Origin: Laetmonice hystrix
Taxonomy: Eukaryota
NCBI GenBank assembly: GCA_965235115.1
Contig: OZ249443.1
Coordinates: 12,648,001-12,712,000 of the forward strand
Reading direction: 5' to 3'
Length of the DNA stretch: 64,000 nucleotides
Shown here: piece after piece, positions 13,293 through 27,654 of the stretch
Layout: every line of letters begins with the position of its first letter
Numbering within the stretch: position 1 is the first letter of the stretch
The notes under the pieces: model-generated
What the model was told of the DNA's origin: nothing
Databases searched by the model: none
The model's input: the letters and a program-made list of their open reading frames with translations, nothing else
Made by a program: the position numbers and the translations under genes

Positions 13293-15599
13293 TCGAACTC
13301 GTCTCCTTATTCCGAGAACATACCATAAATGTTCAACTGTAAGCAACCCAGGAGAACCATGCCATCAATCTCTGTCTCCTGGTGAGCAATCATGGAGACT
13401 CATCAAGATCAATTTTGTTATGGCTGGAGGTCAAAGATTCAGTATTTAATAAACTAGGGATTCAATAAGAACTGTGAACTAACACCAGACCATAACAGCG
13501 TTTGTTGGTACGTCATCCGCCGCCTTTTATCGTGGTCTTGTAGTACCTAGTACAGCGGTACCAAGTATAGGATATTGCCGGATGGTGTAATGTCCTCATC
13601 CTTGTATGACATATAAATATCCATCACTTGACTGGACCCGTTTCTTCCACTCACTCTTGTTTAGCCTCCTCCAGGCTGTCTTTGAGGTCCGTCAATAACT
13701 CGCCAATGCTTGCCCTCCATCCCGGAAAGCAAACCTACTACTTCCGGCAGCTAAGTGGAGAACCTGAGGAGGTCTTACCTTAACCGCCTTCTGTGTTCGA
13801 TACCCTGAATTACGTGAGTAACACCTGTATTTGGTTACATACGCCTCCTCTCCGACAGGTGAGAGTAGGAGTCACGCCGAGGGCCGGGTGTTCATGAAGC
13901 GATCAGAGAGGGACGCGGTGAGGACATCAACTATACGTCCTAGTGCATGTGGTAAATAGAATAGGCTCGACTTTACTCATATACTATCTAGTTCTATACA
14001 AGAGTTAATATGTATGTAAAACAAGTTTTGATGTGAAATCTAAATCGATGTTCTGCCCTTGTACTTTATCACAAAAATATACTTTCCTTGATGATATATG
14101 GCAGACACTTACAGCAACAGCCTCACCAACAAGACAGCAAATAGTATTAGGAAAAAATGGGGGAAATAGGGAGAGAAAAAAATCGAGGAAACGAATGTAG
14201 GGTACGGCATTATTTGTAACTCTGTCTGTGAACATGCTAAGGGCCGAGAGGCCAGTTTTCCATGGCTAGCCCATCTTCTGCTTCCCTGGCGTTTTTCCCT
14301 CCAGCTCTTGGACACAATTACACGACTAGGACATGACGGGGTACAATCGAATCACAGCACCACGCTCTTAGTCAAATTGCCAGCCAAGATTAAAGTGTTG
14401 TCTGCTGGGGCGGCCAGGTGAAAGTGTCAGTGTGCCTGGCTGCCTGGCAACCAGAGCGTTACCTTGGTAACACGTGATCAAACTCCTTCCCGTCGCGTCA
14501 TTTCGCCAGCCCAAAGAATCCGCAATTTGGAGGCACGTCATGAAAGATCCACAGGTTGGTTGCTAATACATTGGGGCCGGCTGTAAATCGCCATTCAACT
14601 CTGTAATCGTTTTAAATAAATACGAGCTCGACGACAACGAAGTCGGGATCATTTATGAAGATAAACGAGGATGGTTGTAGTAGGGAAATCTTTAAGTCAG
14701 TAAACTTACTTCGTTATCAATCCATTACTGAATCCACGTAAGAGTTTCAATGTTTACACCAGGAAGTCTATGACCACCATATTGGTTCCTATCCATAAAA
14801 TCATGCGCAGTTGGTACAGGAATTGGAGGAAAGGAAATGACTAGGCGCGGCGGAGGGTATAAATACAAGCAAACGGTCAAGGTTGAGTCCTCAACATCTG
14901 TCGGGACGAAGTGAACGAACGTCCCACCTCCACCCCGACTCCTCCGTCTTCGTCTTTTATGCAGAATATTCATCTACGATAATTTAGCTGTTTTTTCGGG
15001 GGATTATGTGCTGGGCAGGGTTAAGGGGAGGGATACTCGGGGTCAGTGTGGTCTGCCCGGGTTTTGGGGGTTAGTTGGGTTATCTGGGAGGGTTGTCTGG
15101 GTTACTTGATTCTGCCCATGTTGTCTCCACCTAATAAGGCAGAACAGTAATTTCTATCCTACGTATATGGATTTGGGTACAACTATATATACAGATTTAT
15201 AAAGTGTCGATTGTTATCATCCGATGTAATTAATTATTCAACTTCATTATGTAGTCTCCACGTTTCAACCTTTGTATAGAGTCCTCTTAGCGGGGATCGA
15301 CGGGTTACAATGTAAATAAAATGTAACCTACAATACCATCCTCCTCTCCGAGTTTTGACTTCATAAAAGGTTTTAACATTTCCATTGAAATACATTTCTT
15401 TTAACGACACTTGTGTATCAGGCTGAAAAGTGGACGCAGTGTTCGTTGATATCCGGAGCGCCCCCGGCACGAGTCAGTCATTGTGAAATCCCAGCCACAC
15501 GTGCCTTCATCACGACACACTATAATTCACAACCACCTATCTTTATTTTCTATGAATCCATATATTTTTCTGCGCCCTCAAGAACAACAATGCCATTCG

Positions 15600-16120
15600 C
15601 ACCCTTGAAATGGCTTTGACACCTGTGTAAATAAAGCCCGCCATGAACGAGTCCTTGCCCACCCGGCCAATCTTTCCTAACTTTAACCTTTTGGTCAGAG
15701 CCAGCTGTGAAGCATACGCTCACAGTTAGCTTTTCCTTCCGTCCAGAGAACGTAGGCAGCCTTGACAGAGAGCAACCCACGATATGTGCATAAATCCCGG
15801 GCTGGTGGGTTGGAGGACGTGCTCTGGTCTCCCGCTGACCGGACTTACTATGTTTGTCTACACCCGGTCCGAGCCAACCCCTCCCCCTGCCGGCCGGCCT
15901 AGAGCACGCACAGCGCCTGCAAACACCCACATCAGTTTCTGAGTGTTGCTTGCACGTGCACGTGTATGCACATCTCTCCTGAGGCTATAAACAATATCCT
16001 GCATAACATGGGCCTCGTGTCGGACTGTCCAGGCGGTCAGTGTAACGACTAGATGACACTGCCCACCACCACCACCGCCGCCACTTCCCACATCGTCTGT
16101 CTCAGGGAAATGTAACAATC
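15600..16120 (-). mobile_element. Highly decayed L1/Tx1-like RT relic
   Basis: TDDV ... LPTFSGR ... GGQGLVH, in the order expected for YADDV, LSYRGR, EGGQGLVH. Confidence 0.4.
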
Positions 16121-17042
16121 AGAACTGACGTGACACTTACACGCCACCAGGCGGCGTGCCTCCATCTGGACGTGATGGCTCCGCCATCGTCTCATTGGCA
16201 CACTCTATGTTGGAAACAGCTGACACGTTAACGTCCCTTATCTGTACTTAAATTTTGATATGAAAAAGGTTGAAAGACTCGTATAAATAATGAACTTGTA
16301 CAGCTTCTATATTATGTGGGTAGAGGGACAGATGAAGCACCCGTTTATGTCGGGTCACTTCGTCATGCACGTGAGCACATAAACAGACCATAATAATAGG
16401 AAGATAAAATAAACAACCATATGGCATCTATCTCGGTGTGCATCTCTCATGGGGCAATAAAGGCAGGTGTATAAACAGGACGGTGTGTTTAATAAACTTC
16501 CGTCCGATAAATTCCAAGTGTATACCTTCATTTGGAATTTACGTCAAGCGACGAATCTGAAACAACACCAGGGTGTTCGTGGCCGCGTTCTTTCATGGGC
16601 GTTGCGTTTAATAAATTCTTATCCTGAATTAAATATTATCATCAACCGTTCAAATCCAGCAGTGTGGTGCCAGAGGAAGGAACCCTACTGTACATGTGTA
16701 GTTTTAACAGAATAAATTTAATTTTCATACATGTTATAAATTTCATGCTATAAATCTGGTACATCATATTATCTCTAGCAACATTCGTTGAATTCCCTCC
16801 GATATATAAAACGGAAATGAAAATTTTATTATATAGCGCTGCCAACTCTATAACTTGTATAACTCACATACAAGCCACCTCCTTTCTTACTCCATGCCCG
16901 CTGTATATGGGATGTGCTATCACTACCAATTCCATATACTACTAGCTGCCAACTCCAGCCGCCGGACAGTACTAACATTTACACACTACACACTACCAAC
17001 ACCGAATTACAATCAGCAATCATATTACTCACTCTCAACTCT

Positions 17043-17265
17043 ATACAAGTTATTCAATGTTAATACTCACTGCCGACATCGAATTACTCGATACGATAAG
17101 CTACACTACACTGACTGCCAACTCCATATACTACTCGCTGTCTCATCCATACAAGTTACTCAATGCTAACACTCACTGCCGACATCGAATTACTCGATAC
17201 GATAAGCTACACTACACTGACTGCCAACTCCATATACTACTCGCTGTCTCATCCATACAAGTTAC
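17043..17265. repeat. ~106-bp tandem duplication
   Basis: ACTCACTGCCGACATCG... at 17065 and 17171. Confidence 0.9.
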
Positions 17266-19727
17266 CCTCAATACCTATACTAACTGGAACTTAACACACC
17301 CTCACGAAACTTGTATTTTCAATTTGTGAAATTTGTAACATTGTTGAAAGTAACACATTCTATCAACTTATCACTAACCCCTACAACACCTTCACCAGAA
17401 ATTTATCTTATGTTAGTGTAAGGAACTTAGATTTGAGTTCAGAACAGAAGGGACAGAAGACCGGACATTTCCGAGTCCCTTTATACTGGCTAATAGTTAT
17501 GCAAATAAAATAAAAACACAAAAAACTAATAAAGTTAATCTACTATTGAGCAACTCATATATTAATAACTGCCAACTATAATACTACAAATATCAACAGA
17601 TATAAACTTTAAGTCCCTTTCAAGTTAGTAAAACAAACAATATTTCAATAAATTTCTCAATTTAATTTTTAATGATTAAAATGGATCCTTAATATCATCG
17701 TCAAATATAGCACAACTAATTTATCTGCCATCCGTCAAACTGTACGAGATCGGATCAGGTAACCTGAACCTTTGCACAGTGGACTAATCAGATTATCATG
17801 GAGAAACAACAATAAGTGATATCAACATTTTATACACAGCTAATATCACTATCCCTCGACGTCATTACTGAACATATGGTCCGGCAATAAAAGTTTATGA
17901 TGAATGTATCCTGGTCATCGAGTGGCCACGTCCAGGCAGGCAAGGACAAATACTAGACTGACAGATGCTTATCAACTCCCGTGTCCTGGCGTTATCAGCA
18001 GTGCACTTGACCGGTTAGTTTGAAGAGGAGGTACTTGACCCGTCCACCTGGTCTATCTATCATCGAGGGCTTTCTCTGGGCAACTGATACGTTTTATGGA
18101 GCTCCCTACGCTGTGAGTTCCCTATAATGTGGAGCTCCATATAATATGGGTTCCATAGAAAGTGGAACTCCCCACATACAAACACCCGAATAATACCTTA
18201 AATAACTTATTCAAGGTTAAAAGGGGAACGTTCCAGAAAAGAAATTACAACAAACCAGTCAGAAATTTCGACCGACGACGGTTTCTTGGTGCATTTGTGG
18301 GTTTCATTTTTATAATGTTTTAAAACGTTTGCCATTTAAAACAGGTTCTGAACAATCATATTTTAAAAGTTATGTAGATGATTATTTTCAACGTTGAACA
18401 GAGTCCATATTTCCACACTGATTAATTACAGACCTCTAGTAAATGTTACTCTTTGAACTCCTTGCAAAATGGGGATCACTGGCTTTTGGACTTTCTCGAC
18501 CTCCCTCCATCTGCACCCAACCACAATGTGATGTATCTAACATTAGCACGATCTAGTGGGGGTGTTAATGTGACCCCGATATCAGGCGGCTGACCCGACC
18601 TCTGGTGATTGTGATCTCTCTGACTCATCCAACTCATCAGGAACTGACAAGAGATAATTACCACTTCCTTAGACATGGCGACCGGTGGCGGGAATGGGTG
18701 TGGGTGTGTGGAGGGGGTGTGGTGGTGCAGGCAGCACCGTCCACCAGAGGCCCAACATATGCCGGTGACAACACAGGACAAGTGGTGAGGGGCTTAGCTT
18801 TGCATGTCAATGATCAACTCATCCTATCTCACGCCACACGCTCATCACTGCCAACAATGAGCAGACATTCTGTAAGGTGGCCATTACTGGTACAATAGGA
18901 ACGACTCTCTCCTCGCCGCAATTCATTGAGAAACACAATGAGTCAACACTCTTCTCATGATCATATTAACCCTTATAATTTCTTTCACCCTTCATCATTT
19001 GTCTTTGGAGTACTACTTCTACTACTACACCTGCTGCAGTGGAACCGTTGCCAACTGACCCATATAACTCCAATAAAGAAGACGATTACACCCTGAAAAA
19101 TACATGATTTTGTCCAAGGTTTTTTATCAACTGAATTTTGTCCTCGGCAAATGGATTATAAAAATAATCATCTCTATACTGACGTTAAATCCATCGCATA
19201 CTCTTCAACTTATTCTTCTAATGGCATCCACAGCTGCGCGCCAAAGTCGAGGGACATTCTGTCGGCACGTGCCCACTGCACACTATCATGTAGACTTTTG
19301 TGACAGTATCACGATCTGTATAAGGTATATGAATTAGTTCGAGAATTTATATCACTCTATTAATGACTAGGCACATAGATTGTGTTCAGCAATCCTTTTC
19401 TCGACACAATTTTCTTCTATAAATAATCCCCCTTACTGGGCGGACTCGACTCGACCCAAAGCCAACAATGATGTTGTCTGCCTGCCGATACAGTCATCAA
19501 CTGCGATTAGTCTCAGCAGCCCACATTAACATGGAGATGTATTAAAGTTACTGGATTAACACTGAAGATTTAGCGACGATTAAACACGGGTGCACATGGC
19601 TAATCCATCTGATATGTGTGTTCATACCTAATCGTGCTTGGGCTGTCAAAGAGCAATAAAGGCTTGCTCTCAGGCCAGCTGTGTCTGTCGAGGCGTTTTG
19701 TTAGTTCAGCTGTCAGAGTTTTAGCCC

Positions 19728-20653
19728 AGATTGGATGTGCTCACTTGGTGAGATACACAACATAGATTGGATGTTCTCATTCGGTGAGATACACAACATA
19801 GATTGGATGTTCTCATTCGGTGAGATACACAACATAGATTGGATGTTCTCATTCCGTGAGATACACAACATAGATTGGATGTTCTCATTCGGTGAGATAC
19901 ACAACATAGATTGGATGTTCTCATTCGGTGAGATACACAACATAGATTGGATGTTCTCATTCGGTGAGATACACAACATAGATTGGATGTTCTCATTCGG
20001 TGAGATACACAACATAGATTGGATGTTCTCATTCGGTGAGATACACAACATAGATTGGATGTTCTCATTCCGTGAGATACACAACGTAGATTGGATGTTC
20101 TCATTCGGTGAGATACACAACATAGATTGGATGTTCTCATTCCGTGAGATACACAACGTAGATTGGATGTTCTCATTCCGTGAGATACACAACATAGATT
20201 GGATGTTCTCATTCGGTGAGATACACAACATAGATTGGATGTTCTCATTCGGTGAGATACACAACATAGATTGGATGTTCTCATTCGGTGAGATACATAA
20301 CATAGATTGGATGTTCTCATTCGGTGAGATACACAACATAGATTGGATGTTCTCATTCGGTGAGATACACAACATAGATTGGATGTGCTCACTTGGTGAG
20401 ATACACGACATAGATTGGAGGTTCTCATTCGGTGAGATACACGACATAGATTGGATGTTCTCATTCGGTGAGATACACAACATAGATTGGATGTTCTCAT
20501 TCGGTGAGATACACAACATAGATTGGATGTTCTCATTCGGTGCGATACACAACATAGATTGGGTGTTCTCATTCCGTGAGATACACAACATAGATTGGAG
20601 TTTTCATTTGGTGAGATACACAACATAGATTGGATATTTTCATTTGGTGAGAC
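19728..20653. repeat. 36-bp minisatellite, ~25 copies
   Basis: GGTGAGATACACAACATAGATTGGATGTTCTCATTC. Confidence 0.98.
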
Positions 20654-23600
20654 AACCCTAAACCCAATGATATAGTTCAAATCATTAGGCAGTGTGTTGG
20701 AATGTAACACTCGCGAGTTGTGAGCCCCTGTGGGTTCTTACTTTTTCTGTTAGCAGCCGGGTCATTTTAACGTAATTAGGCTTTGGCACTGTGAACGTAC
20801 ATGTATTATAATATATCTGAACTTTGTCCAAAATACCGGCTTAAATATTCCGTGCGACATGTTGTAGCTATTTCTGTCTTTGATAGAAACATCAGTTGGT
20901 TCTAGATGGGTTCCTTGGAGGAAGGTTATCCTACTGGATCATCGGTGGGCATTGTGGTTTAAAATACTACATGTACATCTATAACTCGCCGGATGTCTGA
21001 GCATGCTGGCTCGAGTGACCATTTTACTCGCAAGTCCCTCTAAGTACGGGTAGGCAGCTACCCACTGCTTTTAAATTATAAATCAGGAACCCCCATTGAG
21101 GATCTCAGGATTTTCTTCGGCTCACCTCGTCTCTAATCGATCCGATGTATTTTTATGGTTGAGAGAAGACAATAGTCATCGTTGATTTATGTTGTTGTAA
21201 TGAAAGCTGTTGGGAGACTGGTCATTCTGCCGCTAACAACCTCCCACAGAGGGCGACACTGGGCAGGTCTCCATCCCAACCATCAATCACATTCTACACT
21301 CCCTTTGTTCCTCTTCTCTAATTGCAATTAAGCAGCCATCAGTGAGTCCCGTCCCGTCTTTATGTTCCCGGCCCTGGTAACAACTGAAGTCATGTCCCTC
21401 CCGTCATCACTGACCATCAACCACTCACTCACACGTGGCGGTCAATGGCTTGACCACGTGACTGGACACAGCAAACAATGACCAATCAGAAATATTTGGA
21501 TCACTTTTATTTCTATTTCAATTAACTTGCGGTTATTGTCACACGCATGATAAATGTTAGCTACGTGAAGGAAAATCAGAATTCAGTTTTGTAATAGTTA
21601 CACTTTGATTTTATATCTTGTCTTTGCATCATTTTAAAGATTTTTTTCTAGAATTTAAATCGTTTACTGCTTTATCATTAAAAAAATATATTTTAAAAAG
21701 TGTGTTTACTGAATGTAAAATTGGAGGGTTAAATGTAATATTGTAATTCTTCTTCCAAGATCCTTTAAGAAGAATATGTTACAACCCCCTGCATTTCTAT
21801 TTATCAATAGCCACATTCTCATAGACGCCAATCACGCCTAGTTTTACAACCACCACTGTGTCGGATCTCTGTGATCACGGTGACCCCAGTACCGGCTGAC
21901 CTGACTACTTACTTATTCATGATCAGGGCACACCATAGCCATTAACCGTCTGGCCAGTTAGACAATGAACAACCCATTTTGACAACAAAGCCAGGCCATT
22001 TAATATTGCCACAGAGGCTGAATAATATACGTCACCAATATAGACTTATTGGATTGATATAACACAGCCGTAACAAATGAGCTATAACAGCAGTGAAACA
22101 TGAATGATGCCGTACGGTTTGCCCAAACTTTTTGGATGCGCCCAAACTAATAACGTAAGACTTCTGCCCATATGTTTTTAGCTCTCACAGGTCAAAGCAC
22201 CTCTGCTATCGTCAATGTATGATCTTTAGTTATTCATGGTACCTACTACGGAACCGTTTGTCATTTCTCTACCTTGGGAATGATCCATTGCTCTACTCAT
22301 GAAAACCCCACTACACCGTTCTGAATCCATTAATGTTGCCATCCAACACATGTAAGCCTGCTGCACGGGACACTCGTTATACACTACTTACACAAACACG
22401 GTTCCATCTGCAGCACATGGAATTACACCCTATATTTTATAACACAAGAATGTCCATTAAGTATGGATCACATCTAGAGACAGGTAATCACCTACTGAAT
22501 TCTTACACAGCACTTTTGATTTTCATGATAGTCTCCACTCTGTGACTGAGATTCTTCATGATCTTGATGCGCCAAATCTAAAGAAATGTCACATGAATCT
22601 TATTATAAATACAAGTCCTAATGGGGCACCGGGATGTATTTGGCCTCATTCACTGGTTATAGAGCTATACCTTGCGACAGATATAGAAAGACTCCGTTGT
22701 TTTCCGTTGTTTCTACTATAAACTGAAGTATGTAACCAATAATAAAACACTAAGTGGCCAAACCAGAGTTACATCGTATTTATGATACTTTGTGTGCCAA
22801 TACCTGAGAGTCAGAGTACCAAAACCATCCCATCAAAAACATTGATCCGCTAAAAGCAAACCTTTTTTTGCATCGAATTCAATGATGTCCTATCTCCGCC
22901 GACATTAGCCAGAATGACTCGGCCACATTTTGTCGGCATGCAGGCCCGGGGACCGATATCTCTTTATAATTACCCCGGATCTTCTCAACTTCATGCATAT
23001 TTAAATGTTTGTTGTGAGAACACAGAGGGACAAAGACTTATACCCATGTGTTCGGACGGTAGTCATTTATCCTCATAACGGACAGGCCATCATGGACATC
23101 AGAACGGCCACAAGGGGGCGCTGATAGTCGCAGATACCCGCCATCTTACCCAGAGTGATGAGATTTTGGGGTCACTTTAGGGCAGCGACGGAACAAAGAG
23201 AGTTAGGAGTGGAAGTCAAAATTAAACTTTCAGAGCAGAACCTGCCATCCAACACTTAACTGGCGTCCGAGGAATGATTTATCTCCGTCTTTTTCCCATT
23301 ACAATTTACAAGGAGAGAATGGCAAAAAGAGTGGGCTGTAATTTATCAATATTTTTGTTCTATTTAGCAATAAGCATCTGTGTCTCATGGTAAACGTAAT
23401 CTGAAACTGATTCTGTCGCTCCCTTTGATATGGGGTTCAAAATTTATTTGAAGGACAATAAATAGATAAATAAAAAATACATATAATCGAAATAAAAAGC
23501 TAGCGGTTTGGTGCATGGAGATCAATGTTGTAGTCACTTCTTTCTTGGATTTTATGTATAACCGACAAAACACTATCACTCAGAATTGTCGCCTTTTATT

Positions 23601-24124
23601 GTATTTTATGACAGTGCCAGTCTCTGATTTCATTACGTCTTCTTTTACATACACCGAGTTTTACTTTATGATACTACTGAACTACACACAGGTACAATAA
23701 TCACCTCCTGCATTTCCACCCCAGCCCCCTTTTCAGCCCAAACCTTCCAGCAGTCAACACCCTACATTTGGTAGGGTAACACCCATGAATAAATGACCGG
23801 GCCATTATCAAGTTGGATTGAGTGATGCACTTGGACGGGAAATGGTTGGGCAATTTTCAGCAAGGCATCTCTAACAGTTAATGTAAACAGGCATTTGTTC
23901 AGTCAGATCCATTAACATAGGGGGTAACTTCTATAGGGCATCTTTGTGAAATATACACCGACAATATGACAACATAAATAGGAAAAATCGCTTTCTAAAA
24001 ACGCAGGGGTTCTATGTAGGCCTATAATAATTGCATGTGTGTGTATATTAATATAGTTATACGTGAAATGAATAGGCAAAATGAACCAGTAAATATTGGG
24101 CCCGTTATGTATCGCCATACTTTG

Positions 24125-24603
24125 ACTGAAACGACTACAGCCTGCATGGGCAGACAAACTCCATTCCATACCGTCCTGCCTCCCAGGATCTCAACTGAAA
24201 CGACTACAGCCGCCTGCATGGACAGACAAACTCCATTCTCCCAGGACCTCGACTCAAACGACTACAGCCGCCTGCATGGACAGACAAACTCCATTCCATA
24301 CCGTCCTGCCTCCCAGGATCTCAACTGAAACGACTACAGCCGCCTGCATGGACAGACAAACTCCATTCTCCCAGGACCTCGACTCAAACGACTACAGCCG
24401 CCTGCATGGACAGACAAACTCCATTCCATACCGTCCTGCCTCCCAGGATCTCAACTGAAACGACTACAGCCGCCTGCATGGACAGACAAACTCCATTCTC
24501 CCAGGACCTCGACTCAAACGACCACAGCCGCCTGCATGGACAGACAAACTCCATTCTCCCAGGACCTCGACTCAAACGACTACAGCCTGCATGGATAGAC
24601 AGA
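24125..24603. repeat. Minisatellite with alternating 72-bp and 58-bp units (130-bp dimer)
   Basis: Shared core GACTACAGCCGCCTGCATGGACAGACAAACTCCATTC. Confidence 0.95.
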
Positions 24604-25321
24604 CCTCACTCTACATTTACCAGTACGCCGAATCAAACACAGAACCAGCTGTGCCCATATAAACAAACATCCCGTTGTGTTTGTATATGTATAATTCACG
24701 ATACGTAGGTTTGCTGCCATATACTGGTTCCTGTGCATGAATAAACTAGAGCTAAGACTAGTCCCAGCACGCAGTTCCAGTCTTGAGATCACCCAAGATG
24801 GTATGCATGCACTCATGAAAGAAACAGGAAAGTCGGAAACCATCACAGATGACAAAGCCTTCAGAACAACTATCGTGGTCACAGATAGGTAGGCACTAAA
24901 GAAAGACTCTTACACGATGAAGGTGCATCGATATACAAACCTTAGATGATTTCTGCGACTTTCGTTTAATTTATTTCGTATAAACTGACATATATATCCA
25001 TTATCTGAAACGATCATAACCATAATGTTCGTATACCAATGTACATGTAACTACTGTATGCGGCCTTTCATCCCATGTCATCATGTTAATAGCAAACACA
25101 AAACCTTTATCAAACACACACAACAATTCTGATCATACTCACAGCAAAGGGGTTTAGTGTGAACTGCTCCTTCTGATTCCCAGAAGATACCCATCAGGGA
25201 GGGAGTTTATAATCAAAAATAACACACTTCATTTGATATCACTGGGCAGCTAGTACTCTACGAAAATAGGACATTGCCGAGGGGTCTTACCTAACATCGG
25301 ATCCAGTGCACATTTATGCAC

Positions 25322-25502
25322 GATAGACTTCTCAAAGTGATACATCCAATATAAAATACGAGTGAATAGATAGACTTCTCAAAGTGATACATCCAATATA
25401 AAATACGAGTGAATAGATAGACTTCTCAAAGTGATACATCCAATATAAAATACGAGTGAATAGATAGACTTCTCAAAGTGATACATCCAATATAAAATAC
25501 GA
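25322..25502. repeat. 47-bp tandem repeat, ~4 copies
   Basis: GATAGACTTCTCAAAGTGATACATCCAATATAAAATACGAGTGAATA. Confidence 0.97.
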
Positions 25503-27654
25503 CCAAATTAAATGTGTAACAGCACACCATCACCCTTGACACGGTGTGGTCATAAATCCCGCTATTAACGCCATTCTCCATAAACTACTCATACATAATA
25601 CAACACGTTTACATTGCGGGAACCCATTGCCAATCTGACTGCGATGGACACGACACGTTGATGACCTTGCAACCCTGCACGTTTTGTTGTCAGGTGTACC
25701 CATTATATATCTGGTTGGACACGTTGTGGATTCAGAAAGATACCTAACAACAACAAAGGGTAAGGAATGCCAACCATTGTAGCTGACTACAATAACCAAA
25801 GCTTATTAAACTTTGAAACTTTGTTTGACACAGAATTCTGGCAGCTGGGAAAGGGTGATGTTTTTTCAAGGTATAGGTGTATCTATATACATCGTTCAAC
25901 AGTCCAGGATCCAGGATATACCAATCTATTTTATCACCTTATTTATCCAATTTATCACCTAGGCCTGTACAAGATGGCAGGCTTAAAGTGAGCCTGATAG
26001 ACGGGGCCAGTAGGAGAAATTGGACACCTTTAAGTTGCCCCGATATTTTATAGACAACTTGACTCGCAGCAAATCATTCCATGCAACAAATTGCTCTATG
26101 CAAGTTGGCCTTGATAATTACCAAGACTTATTCCTCATGGAGGCAATCGATCTAACATGGTTATAGGCATCTTATTCTTTCTTCGGTCACAATCTGTACA
26201 CAACAAAACTGTTCATCTTTTCACTGTAGAAAAATGTTGACCTGGACGGAAAGTTGACTAGAGAGAGAATGAGGTCAAAGAGTTCCTAACTGTCACGCAT
26301 GGTGTCACGCAGTGGTCTATTAAACACCTGGACATCTCACGCGCCATAATTACCGGACCAGGAACACTGTTCTCACCTGCAATGTAAATTATTTATTGTT
26401 TTGGCAGCCGGTTTTTTATGCAAGCGGCTTGCCCGTATAGCACGGTGCAGGTGGTATGGCTGATTGATGGAGTCAGCCCGGACTTGGAAAATCAATCACT
26501 TTTATATCATCACCTTGAGGTACACGCAAGACCGTGTTAACGTATATCAAGTTGCTGTAGCCAGGCACTGACAGAACATCATCGGGGCCAGATAAACTCC
26601 ACGTCTTGCACTCATCAAATTCCCATCTTTCAGAATATTTCAGGGTGATTGAAGGATGGCACTCATTGAATACACATTTTCCCAGTGCGTACGTGTGGGT
26701 ATTGGTGCGAGCTGGGAAGCAGGAGTCGAAATGCGAGCGTTGACAGTTGGAGGTAGGAGGGGATGGGGGTGGGGGTAGGGGGGGTTGTGGTGGGGGTAGA
26801 GTATGGGGGTGGGGTAGGGGGTTGGGGCTGAGAGATGAGGAGCGTCCGCGCACATCATGGTGGCACCTGCTCCTGTGAACGCATGGATGGACCCTCATAT
26901 ATCAATCCTAAACAAACTGGGGACAAAAGAGTCCTTCCCTACTGATGGATATGTCAGAATATCTCCTAGAACACATTTAGGAAACAGAAATTCTTGCTTT
27001 ATTAGACTTCTAGATAACATTAGGGTAAGTTCCATTATTGGCAAACACCATTCTGAAACATATCTTCTGGAGATGTCCGTAAGTAACTAGAGTCGAACCG
27101 TCAATTGTCCTGGGAAAGATTACAAAACATACATGTACATGTAAGCTTTCATCAGTTCTAAGTTTCTCCAACATTACATGACGTATTTCATCGCTGTGCG
27201 TTTAAGGTTAAAACACCAAAAGTGTTTAGAACAGAACTTCTGTTGTTTTCATCCATGTATTTTTCTAATTAGACGTTCATGCGTCGATAACTTTTAACAA
27301 ATATTGCTTCCCGGGGCTCATACCATTTTTCAATCGTTTGTCGTGATATCATGACAGTAGTGGTCCAGTATGACAACGAACACTCGGCTACATTCGTTCA
27401 TGTGCTTGACTTTAATCACTCCATAAAATCTCATCACTAAAACTACTGACTCACCCGTGCCATCAAACATTCACGTTGGCAAATAACGCAAAAAGCTGCT
27501 GCTTACTTTCCTGGCACACGTATAATTGGTCTTGATGGGAAGTGGGAGCCGATCGTGTTACAGGATAACTACACCCAGCACTGACTCACATACTGGTGGT
27601 TGGTGAGTGTCAGTCATACTCACTGTCCGTAACTCCCACTGACAATCTGTCAAT

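Noticed and set aside
14600-14920. Protein-like fragments on the plus strand
   Set aside because: Multiple stops and no motif I can name.
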